Shown here one piece after another: positions 38,510 to 46,929 of a DNA stretch of 64,000 nucleotides (its first letter is position 1; the number at the start of each line of letters is the position of its first letter). The translations under genes were made by a program, and so were the position numbers. This stretch comes from Armatimonadota bacterium (lineage in GTDB: Bacteria; Armatimonadota; UBA5829; JAUSEB01): positions 4,546 through 68,545 of the forward strand of contig JAUSGG010000034.1 of assembly GCA_030649165.1 (NCBI GenBank), in the 5' to 3' direction. Under the pieces are notes generated by a model. That model saw only the letters and a program-made list of their open reading frames with translations. It was not told the origin of the DNA and did no database searches.

Positions 38510-40501
38510 ATGCACAAAGCTCGCAAGGCGCTTGGCTTGGCGCCCTGGCCCAACAACGTAAGACTGACCGGCGGGGGGTTGACGCTTCCCGACCGGTCTA
38601 TTGTTTCTTATGGCCCCGCGGGAAGGACCATGCGTTTCGCGGCGGAGGCAATCGCCAGGGCGATTCGCGCGACCGCAAGGCAGGCGGAACTCAGATACGT
38701 AGACGATAGAGACGGCTGCTATCTGCTGGTGACGGGCTTCGCCGGACGCTACCCGCGACTTTCTCCTCCCGCCGGCGCTGAGGCTTACGAAATACGGATA
38801 GCGGATGACGTGGAGGTTCGCGCGGAAACGCCCACGGGCGCGTTTTACGGAGCGCAGACTCTGGTCCAAGCGATATCGGCGGGGCAGGGGACTCTGCCGA
38901 AGTGCGAAATAGGGGACCGTCCCAGGATAGCCTTCCGAGGCGTCATGGCCGATCTTGCGCGCTTGAAAGAGCGGGACGACTATTATTTCAAGCTCATCGA
39001 CTTCATGTCTCGCTATAAGTTCAATGCGATCTTCCTGCACCTGACAGACGATCAGGGCGCGCCGATAGAGCTGCAATCGCACCCCAAGTTGACCAGCGCC
39101 CATCCGCTCACGCGCGAGACGATCGAGCGGCTGATCGACTACGCCGCGCAACGCCACATCGACGTGATTCCGGAGATCGAGGTCTGGGGCCACGCGGGTT
39201 GGGTGACCAAACATCCGGAATACGCCGACATCGCCGAGGAAGGCCCGGACCTCTGCACCACAAACCCCAGGACCTGGCAGTTGATCGGAGACGTGCTCGA
39301 TGATATCTGCTCGCTCTTCTCCAGCAAGTACATTCACGGCGGCAGCGACGAGGCCCATTTCGGAAGGTGTCCGAAGTGCAAAGCAGAGGTGGAAGCGCAT
39401 GGAGAGGACACCTTAGTCGGTAATCATTTGAAGCGCACCGCGGAGCTTATCCGTGAACGGGGCAGAGTTCCAATCCTCTGGGCCGATATACTCCTGAAAT
39501 ACCCCGGCTCGGCGGATATTGTGCCCAAGTATGCAATTCTCAACCACTGGGACTACGCCGCCAGTCCTTCGGACGAGCCGGTGAAGCTGCTGAAGAGCAA
39601 GGGGTTCACCGTTCTGGGCGGGTCCGGGATCGTCTTCGGCAGTAGGGCGGTTCTGCCGAAAGGGGACGCGCTGCGGAATGTCGAGAATTTCGGACAGATA
39701 ACTCGCAAGCACGGGATTATGGGGATCAACAACACCATCTGGATCCCGCAGCGGTACGTTTCCGACACGCTTTGGTATGGCATAGCCCTGGCCGGGGAAG
39801 CATCGTGGTCCGGCGCAAAGCCGGATCGTGCGGGCTTTACTGTTTCGTTCTTCAAGTCGTTCTTTGGAATCGACGCCGGCCCGGACCTGGTCGAAGCCAT
39901 AGCGACCCTGCACGAGCTGCCGGCCTACGTCGGCGACAGCGTTATGGGCGTGTGGCAGGACAAGAAGGAGTTCGATGAGCTTGCGACGCCGGAGCAGCAT
40001 TCGCAGAAAGAGGCGTATCTGTCGTCGGCGCTGGATGTCCTGGCGGTCGTTCGGAAATACCGGGCGAGTGTTGTCAGGCGGAGATGGGAGTACGACGCTT
40101 TGGTCTACGCGGCGCGGATGAAACGGCACATAGGAGAACGAAGCGCCGCTCCGGGCCGGCTGGTCGCCGCAATCGAATCGGCCAGGAAACTCGCCGCGGA
40201 GGGAAAGGCCGCCGCGGCCGCCGGGAAGCTCCTGGCGCAGGCCCAGTATCTGGCGCGTCTGTCTGAACAGGAGAGAAGAATGGCGTCGGCCACCGAGAAG
40301 TATTGGGACAGGTGGCGGTACGCCGAGGATCCCAGGAAGGCCGAGCCGTTCCAGAACACATTGAACGCCTTCAAGACGAGCGCCGGTTACCTCAACACGC
40401 TGGCCGCGCGGCTGACCGAAGCGGCGAGGGAGTTGAGTCAGGGGAGGCAGCCGGATTGGGAGCGCGTGAGTGATGAGCGCTCAGTGCTGAGTGCTGAGTG
40501 A
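38510..40501 (+). CDS. GH20 family glycoside hydrolase (beta-N-acetylhexosaminidase-like)
   Basis: RGVMAD, HLTDDQG, IPEIEVWGH, catalytic HGGSDE; no obvious signal peptide. Confidence 0.85.
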   Translation: MHKARKALGLAPWPNNVRLTGGGLTLPDRSIVSYGPAGRTMRFAAEAIARAIRATARQAELRYVDDRDGCYLLVTGFAGRYPRLSPPAGAEAYEIRIADDVEVRAETPTGAFYGAQTLVQAISAGQGTLPKCEIGDRPRIAFRGVMADLARLKERDDYYFKLIDFMSRYKFNAIFLHLTDDQGAPIELQSHPKLTSAHPLTRETIERLIDYAAQRHIDVIPEIEVWGHAGWVTKHPEYADIAEEGPDLCTTNPRTWQLIGDVLDDICSLFSSKYIHGGSDEAHFGRCPKCKAEVEAHGEDTLVGNHLKRTAELIRERGRVPILWADILLKYPGSADIVPKYAILNHWDYAASPSDEPVKLLKSKGFTVLGGSGIVFGSRAVLPKGDALRNVENFGQITRKHGIMGINNTIWIPQRYVSDTLWYGIALAGEASWSGAKPDRAGFTVSFFKSFFGIDAGPDLVEAIATLHELPAYVGDSVMGVWQDKKEFDELATPEQHSQKEAYLSSALDVLAVVRKYRASVVRRRWEYDALVYAARMKRHIGERSAAPGRLVAAIESARKLAAEGKAAAAAGKLLAQAQYLARLSEQERRMASATEKYWDRWRYAEDPRKAEPFQNTLNAFKTSAGYLNTLAARLTEAARELSQGRQPDWERVSDERSVLSAE

Positions 40502-40564
40502 CCTCCCCCTAACCCCCTCCTATGAGGAGGGGGATTTGGGCGTTTTTTCCTTCAAGCCTGCTTT

Positions 40565-40580
40565 TGGCACATCATTTGCT
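40565..40580 (+). promoter_or_regulatory. sigma54 (-24/-12) promoter upstream of the peptidase gene
   Basis: TGGCAC-ATCAT-TTGCT, exact GG-N10-GC spacing. Confidence 0.6.
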
Positions 40581-40813
40581 TCGTTCCACATGGGCATTGT
40601 CGTGCCTTTGGGTCGTCTGTCGTATCAGCACAACGGGCGAAGAGGGCCGTTACTACGCCCCGGGAGGGCTGGTTTTTTCGACATTTCGCCCAAATAGTGG
40701 AAACAATGCGGCAGAAAGTTACATCTAAGAAATAGGCGCCGGGACCACGCGCGTCTCAGGCTCCGCTGGATGTTGCCGGAAATCTCATCGATAGATAGCC
40801 ATCGGGGAACCTA

Positions 40814-43800
40814 ATGCGCAAGCGTTTCACGTCGCGTTTCCTTAGGCCATTCGCAGCCGCGATTACAAGCATAAGCCTTGTCTTCCTGGCCGGCGTTCCG
40901 CGCGCGGGCGCGATAGACGTCGCAGGCGGACTGACAATTCCGGAAGCTCCCGGCGCGGCCAGGGGCGGAATGGGGAGTGACGCCGCTCGACTTAACGGGC
41001 GGATTCTCAAGGACCTGAACAACAGCCAGGCGTGGCGGGCGCTCAAGGCGCAGATGGGCCGCGGCTGGTCCGCGCGTTGGAACACCGTTACTGGCGCGCC
41101 ACACATGGCCACCGGCAGGGCTGCCGCATTGCCGGGATTCGGCAAACTGAGCCGCGAAAACGTCGAGTCCGCCTGTCTCGACTTCGTCGATCGTCACTCC
41201 GACCTGCTGAGAGTCAAGCCAGGGCAGTTACGATCAGCGTCGGCTGTTAAGGGCGGCGGGCGGTGGTACGTTGATTTCCAACAGACGCACAACGGAATTC
41301 CTGTCATCGGCGGCCGGGTCCACATGTCGTTTACGAAGGACGATCACCTGATCGCCTTCGGCTCCGACGTGTTCCCGGACGTTGCGGTGGACACAAATCC
41401 GCGGATCGACGCGGCGCGAGCGCTCGATATCGTTCAGGCCGACCTGCCGGAGACTCGGGACGCACGGTTCAGTCCTCCACAACTCAGCATTCTTCCTCTT
41501 CGCAAAGAAGCCGATTACGACTATATCCTGTGTTGGAGCATCGACGCAGCACAGCCCCGCGCGCACAAGAGTTGGAGATACCTGGTTGACGCCGGAACGG
41601 GCGCGATCCTGGCGAAATGGGACACCATTCGGCACGCCACTGCGTCGGGGACCGTCCAGGGAGCGTACGTTCCGGAGTTCCCGGACGATCCGCCAGCGGT
41701 GTCGGCCTTACCGCACAATCAGGTCCAGGCGCAGGGACCGGAGACGGCCATCCAGACCTGGAGCCTGGATTTCGACCCGGTTTGGACCATGCAGGGACAG
41801 TGGGCGTACGGCGTTCCCACGGGATCGGGCGGCGGCCAGCACGGGCTTGCCGATCCTGCCGCCGGCTACACCGGCTCCAAGGTTTTGGGCGTCAATTTGA
41901 ACGGCGATTACTACTCCACGGTCGGAGGCCCGTGGTGGCTCACCACCGATGCGTTAGACTGCGTAGGCAGAACCAGTGTCTGGCTCAAATTCCGGCGATG
42001 GTTGAACACGGACTATCGACCGGCGGCATCCGCGACCGTTGAAGTTTCCAACAACGGAACGACATGGACTCCTGTCTGGAGCAACGCAGGCTCCACGATC
42101 ATCGATTCCAACTGGACTCTGTGCAGATACGATATCAGCTCCGTCGCGGCAAATATGCCGAACGTATACTTGCGCTGGGGTTACCAGGTGGAGGCCGGGA
42201 CGTGGATGTACTCCGGCTGGAATATCGATGACGTAGCGCTGGTTTCCTACAGCGGGGGAATCTACACGAGCGTGACCGGAACGGACGGCGCGTATACGGT
42301 CGAGTTGCCGTGGAATCCTAGCTCGATCTACTCCGAATTGAAGGGACCTTACTGCGAGATGAACTATGCGGGCGGGTCGCCGGACGCTCAGTTCACCCAG
42401 GCCGGCGTTATGCCCGGAAATCAGGTCGACTGGACGTGGGACGCGGGTCTGTATAACCAAATCGACGAGTCCAGCGTTTTCCGGCACGTCAACTATATTC
42501 ACGACTACTATAAGCAGATCGACCCCGGCTTCTCCGGCATGGACTACCAAGTTCCTACAACGGTCTCCATTCCGGGCCTCAACGATGCCTACTGGGACGG
42601 GACCGGCCTGGCGTTTGGGGCCGGCGACGGCATAACGTACGCGGATTTCGGCCTTTCCTCGGAAATGATCTACCATGAGTATACGCATGGGGTGACGGAC
42701 AAGATTTATCAGGGCGTCCAGATGCCGAACTATCCGGAATTCGGGGCGTTGCAGGAAGGTTTGAGCGACTACTTTGGCTGCGCGCTCAGCCTGAGTCAGA
42801 GTCCGGAGTTCGGAGACGGGCTGCTGCTGTACGATCCCAATGGAATACGCACGCTTGACAATACGTTCCGGCGCGAAACGGACTGGACCGGCGAAGCGCA
42901 CGCGGACAGCCAGATGTTCAGCGGCGGTCTTTGGGAAGCCAGGCAGAGCGTGGGCGCGGGCATCATGGACCTCTTGACACATTTCACCAGGTACGCGCAT
43001 CCCGCCGGCTATGAGGATTATGTGCTGGACCTCGTGATCGAAGACGACACGCGGTACGGTGACGACGATATTACCAACGGTTGTCCGCACGGCCAGGCCA
43101 TCTATACCGCATTCGGGAACCACGGCATCGGAGGGTTACAGTATCTGGGGCCGAGTATAGTTATTGGCGACGCGGGCGGGATAGTCGAGAACGGAAGACT
43201 CGAACCGGGTGAGGCTGCCAACCTTTCGCTCACGCTGACGAACGGGTGGGCCGACGCCACCAACGTGACCGCCACGCTGAGCTGCGCCGATCCACTGATA
43301 ACGATGTGGAAATCGGGGTCGGTCTTCGGAAACATCGGTCAGGGCGCGACTCTCGATAATCTGGCGGATCCGTTTGTCGTCGAGCTTTCGGCTTCCTGTC
43401 CGGAGACTCGGACTATCTATTTTACGCTCGATATAACCGCGAACGGCTTCTACGCTTACACGCGGACGTGCAAGTTCTACTACGCGGTCGCTGTCGGGCA
43501 GCTTGCCTGCGACGACGGCGGGGCGGAGGGGTACGCCGCCCCAGGGCCGGGCGAATCCTACGCCGTGAAGTTCACGCCGGACAGCTATCCCTGCTATCTC
43601 AGGAAAGTACGGTTGTTTCCCGGCGGCCCATCCTCGTTCGACCTCACTTTCCGGGACGATGACGGTCCGAGCGGCGCCCCCGGCACGGTGATACGCCAGA
43701 TTCCCATCGATGTCCCAATCGGCATGGACTGGTTCGACATCGATATTTCCTCGCAGTATCTGCAGATAGACAGCGGGAGCATCTACGTAGGCTGGACAGC

Positions 43801-45778
43801 CGCTGTGATCGGCTACTCAAACGGATACGATCTGGACCCTCCAGACTGGGGAAGAATGTGGCGCTATGACTCCGCGGCGCAACAGTGGTACAGCGCGGCC
43901 GGCGGCAATCTGATGCTGCGGCTGCGTTATTCGGATATTCCGCTGCTGAAGATCGAGCCTCCGTACGACTACCAGTTGAGCTACGCCGGCGAGCCGGTCT
44001 CGGATTGTTTCATCGCCAGCGGAGGAGTTCCTCCCTATCACGATTGGCAGGCAGCAGGATTGCCTATCGGGTTAACGTTAAACAGCGAAACAGGCTGCTT
44101 ATCGGGAATGCCGATTGCCCCCGGCAGTTACCAGGCGCTCGTTCAGGTCACGGACAGTGACGTGACGCCTCAGACGGCGATGCATTACATTACTTTTGAC
44201 ATCGTCAACTGCAGTACGCCGGCGCCGTCCGGTCCCAACCCCGGCGATAATGCGGTCGGCGTTCCGCTCAATGTGGGACTGGAATGGAATTACAGTTGGT
44301 ATATCGAGGATTTTGAGATGGGTGTTGCTCAGAATTGGAGCGAGAACACCGAGGCATACTGGGAAGTATACGGCAGCGGGTACAGAGCAATGGCGGGCAT
44401 TGCGGGGAGGCAAATGCAGGCCACGTACACGGGCGAAAGCTGGACCGATGTTGCGGTCCAGGCCACGATGCGGCGATCGGCGGATTCGGGAAGCCCCGCG
44501 GGAGTATTCCTCCGGGCAACGAACGACTTCAACACGGCGTCCCCCATCGGCTCAGCTTATATTCTGCTCATTGACGGCGCGGGCCAATATCGCGTCGCGA
44601 AATACGTATCCGGATCGCTGATTGCTCTGCAGAACTGGACGTATTCGCAATATCTGAACCAGGGCACATCTCCAAACATAGTGATTCTGAGCGCGGCGGG
44701 GACGGACCTGGACGTCTACGTCAATAACCATCTCATCTGGTCAGGCAGCGACAGCAGCATTACGGCGGGGGGACACATCGGGCTTTACGGCTACAGCGGA
44801 TCTTCATCCACGGGCCACTACTACGACAACGTGATTGCGCGGCAACCGATTCCGGACGGCGCGAGTCAGCCCGTATCCTCCACTGAGATAACTCTGTACG
44901 ACGTGTTCTTTGGTCTCTCTCCCGAGTCGCTTGCCCCGGTAGCATTCGACGTGACGCAAGGACCGTTTTACCCGACCTCCCTGCAGGCGGGGAAGACTTA
45001 CTACTGGAGAGTCACGGCGAAGTCTTTCTGCGGCGAATCCCCCGGCCCGTGCTGGTCCTTCACCACCCAGGCTTCGACAGCGGATGCCAAGCTGGCGCCG
45101 AACGGAACGCCAGTCGACATCCACGGCGCGATAGTATCGGGCGCGTTTGCTGACTTCTTCTACATCGAGTCCGACAATCGCGCATCGGGCATCAGGGTGC
45201 AGAAAACGACGCACGGCTTGGTTCTGGGTGACAGAGCGGATGTTGTCGGCACGGCGGAGACGAATTCGGACGGCGAGAAGTACGTCGAGGCGACCTCGAC
45301 AGCCAGGCGGGGAGCCGGGAGCGTGGCGCCGACCGGTTTGAGATGCGCGGGCTTCGGCGGGTGCGACTTTGCCTACAATCCCGCCACGGGGGCGGGCCAA
45401 CAGGGGGTAAAAGCGTACATCGGCGGATCGCCGACGATGGGTCTCGTGCCCGGCCTGAATAACATCGGCCTGCTCGTGCGATTGTTCGGCGAGGTCAGCG
45501 AATCAGGCAGGGGCTGGTTCTACTTCGACGATGGAAGCCAGTTGGGTGACGGCACGGGCTATGTCGGTGTGTACGTCGCGCCGACCGGCCTGGTCGCGCC
45601 AAAGCGCGGCGACTACGTCTCCGTCACCGGCATTTCGAGCTGCCAGTTCTATGATAGTAATCTGGTGAGTTTGCTGCTTCCGCGCGCGCAAAGCGACATC
45701 GTGATCGTCGTTCCCGCCCAGACCGGCCTTGGGTTTTCGGCAGAGCCGGGACCGAGTCCGCGTGAAGGCGCGCGCTAA
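40814..45778 (+). CDS. Large secreted M4/M36-type zinc metallopeptidase, multidomain
   Basis: Signal peptide; FTP/PepSY-like propeptide; HEYTH (42674-42688), GALQEGLSDYF, HADSQ; Ig-like and jelly-roll domains; tandem beta-rich C-terminal module. Confidence 0.88.
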   Translation: MRKRFTSRFLRPFAAAITSISLVFLAGVPRAGAIDVAGGLTIPEAPGAARGGMGSDAARLNGRILKDLNNSQAWRALKAQMGRGWSARWNTVTGAPHMATGRAAALPGFGKLSRENVESACLDFVDRHSDLLRVKPGQLRSASAVKGGGRWYVDFQQTHNGIPVIGGRVHMSFTKDDHLIAFGSDVFPDVAVDTNPRIDAARALDIVQADLPETRDARFSPPQLSILPLRKEADYDYILCWSIDAAQPRAHKSWRYLVDAGTGAILAKWDTIRHATASGTVQGAYVPEFPDDPPAVSALPHNQVQAQGPETAIQTWSLDFDPVWTMQGQWAYGVPTGSGGGQHGLADPAAGYTGSKVLGVNLNGDYYSTVGGPWWLTTDALDCVGRTSVWLKFRRWLNTDYRPAASATVEVSNNGTTWTPVWSNAGSTIIDSNWTLCRYDISSVAANMPNVYLRWGYQVEAGTWMYSGWNIDDVALVSYSGGIYTSVTGTDGAYTVELPWNPSSIYSELKGPYCEMNYAGGSPDAQFTQAGVMPGNQVDWTWDAGLYNQIDESSVFRHVNYIHDYYKQIDPGFSGMDYQVPTTVSIPGLNDAYWDGTGLAFGAGDGITYADFGLSSEMIYHEYTHGVTDKIYQGVQMPNYPEFGALQEGLSDYFGCALSLSQSPEFGDGLLLYDPNGIRTLDNTFRRETDWTGEAHADSQMFSGGLWEARQSVGAGIMDLLTHFTRYAHPAGYEDYVLDLVIEDDTRYGDDDITNGCPHGQAIYTAFGNHGIGGLQYLGPSIVIGDAGGIVENGRLEPGEAANLSLTLTNGWADATNVTATLSCADPLITMWKSGSVFGNIGQGATLDNLADPFVVELSASCPETRTIYFTLDITANGFYAYTRTCKFYYAVAVGQLACDDGGAEGYAAPGPGESYAVKFTPDSYPCYLRKVRLFPGGPSSFDLTFRDDDGPSGAPGTVIRQIPIDVPIGMDWFDIDISSQYLQIDSGSIYVGWTAAVIGYSNGYDLDPPDWGRMWRYDSAAQQWYSAAGGNLMLRLRYSDIPLLKIEPPYDYQLSYAGEPVSDCFIASGGVPPYHDWQAAGLPIGLTLNSETGCLSGMPIAPGSYQALVQVTDSDVTPQTAMHYITFDIVNCSTPAPSGPNPGDNAVGVPLNVGLEWNYSWYIEDFEMGVAQNWSENTEAYWEVYGSGYRAMAGIAGRQMQATYTGESWTDVAVQATMRRSADSGSPAGVFLRATNDFNTASPIGSAYILLIDGAGQYRVAKYVSGSLIALQNWTYSQYLNQGTSPNIVILSAAGTDLDVYVNNHLIWSGSDSSITAGGHIGLYGYSGSSSTGHYYDNVIARQPIPDGASQPVSSTEITLYDVFFGLSPESLAPVAFDVTQGPFYPTSLQAGKTYYWRVTAKSFCGESPGPCWSFTTQASTADAKLAPNGTPVDIHGAIVSGAFADFFYIESDNRASGIRVQKTTHGLVLGDRADVVGTAETNSDGEKYVEATSTARRGAGSVAPTGLRCAGFGGCDFAYNPATGAGQQGVKAYIGGSPTMGLVPGLNNIGLLVRLFGEVSESGRGWFYFDDGSQLGDGTGYVGVYVAPTGLVAPKRGDYVSVTGISSCQFYDSNLVSLLLPRAQSDIVIVVPAQTGLGFSAEPGPSPREGAR

Positions 45779-45822
45779 AGGTTCCAGGATTAGCAGGGTT
45801 CCAACCGGACCCTTTGCCGGCT

Positions 45823-46734
45823 TTACTCTAGTCCTCGCCGCGCCCCGGGCCTATAGCTCCGGAGCAAGTCCTCGTAGTACAGAAACTGCTGCGCCCAGCC
45901 CGCGTAAGCGCCGAAGCGTTCGCGGAAGGAGTTCGCGATCCGGTCGTACGACGCGGCTGTTATGCTTTTCGTTTTGAGATCGGGCAGGTAGAGCCGGGCC
46001 GCAAGCTGCCGCACGTGCGTGTCAACCGGAACCGCCTCGTTTTTGTCCAGCGAGAACAAGCATACGCAGTCCGCGATTTTTCTACCAACGCCTCGAATGG
46101 CCAGCGGTTCCTCCCGGGCCGTTTCGTAAGATTTCCCGCGCAGAGATTCAAGCCAACCCTCCGGACGGTCGAGGATTTGCCGCGCCACGTTCTTCAACGC
46201 AGGTCCCCGAAATCCCAAGCCGGCCGTCTTCTCCAACTGAGAGGCGTCCGCCGCGGCAAGCGCAGGCAGGGTGGGGAAAGCGTGATAGTCTATTCCTTCC
46301 AGCGTGACTATGTGTTCCCCGCGGATAGCTGACAACGCTTCGATCGACGCCGATATGCGCGGTATGGAGTTGGCCGCGGAGCAGATGAAGCTCAAGAGGG
46401 TCTCTGTTGGGTCCTGGCGGAGGAGCCGGAGGCCTTTGAAACGGTCAATGACGGCCGCGAGATGCTCATCCGCGGCGGCGAGTGCGGCGTAGATCGTCGG
46501 GATGTCGTCGTCGAGGCGGAAATAGTCCCGAATCAGATCAAAATCGCGCGGCTCTGGGTAGGTCTGCCACTCGAATCCTTCCGGCGTCCGGCGGATTCGC
46601 ACGACCGTGTTACGTGTGACGCCGGTCCAACATCCGTCCGGCGACTTGCGCCAGCGGAATGCCTGGCCGGACGGCAGCGTGTAGTCCAGGCTTAGCTGGT
46701 CGTGCGGGATTTCAAGTAATTGGAAGTCAAGCAT
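45823..46734 (-). CDS. 8-oxoguanine DNA glycosylase (OGG-type HhH-GPD)
   Basis: SGQAFRW, GLRLLRQDP, FICS, GLGFR, GVGRKIADC, VPVDTH. Confidence 0.9.
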   Translation of the reverse strand: MLDFQLLEIPHDQLSLDYTLPSGQAFRWRKSPDGCWTGVTRNTVVRIRRTPEGFEWQTYPEPRDFDLIRDYFRLDDDIPTIYAALAAADEHLAAVIDRFKGLRLLRQDPTETLLSFICSAANSIPRISASIEALSAIRGEHIVTLEGIDYHAFPTLPALAAADASQLEKTAGLGFRGPALKNVARQILDRPEGWLESLRGKSYETAREEPLAIRGVGRKIADCVCLFSLDKNEAVPVDTHVRQLAARLYLPDLKTKSITAASYDRIANSFRERFGAYAGWAQQFLYYEDLLRSYRPGARRGLE

Positions 46735-46866
46735 GAGATACTCACGAGTCTGGTGATCGGACGGATCCGACGAATCGGACTGATCGGATCAGTTGGACGC
46801 GGCCCACCGGAGCGCTTCCACTGGCGTAACTTCGTGTCGGGAGGCGGTTTGTCCTTCCGCGAGTGC

Positions 46867-46908
46867 AAAACGTCGAAGGCCACCGCCGGAGAATGGCGGT
46901 GGCCTTCG
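46867..46908 (-). terminator. Intrinsic terminator after the triple-repeat surface protein gene
   Basis: 14-bp stem CGAAGGCCACCGCC / GGCGGTGGCCTTCG with a short T tract on the minus strand. Confidence 0.7.
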
Positions 46909-46929
46909 CGTCGTCAGGAGAGCCGCGTG

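Noticed and set aside
40698-40760. c-di-GMP-II riboswitch (GGAAACAATG start)
   Set aside because: The downstream conserved segments I would expect are absent.
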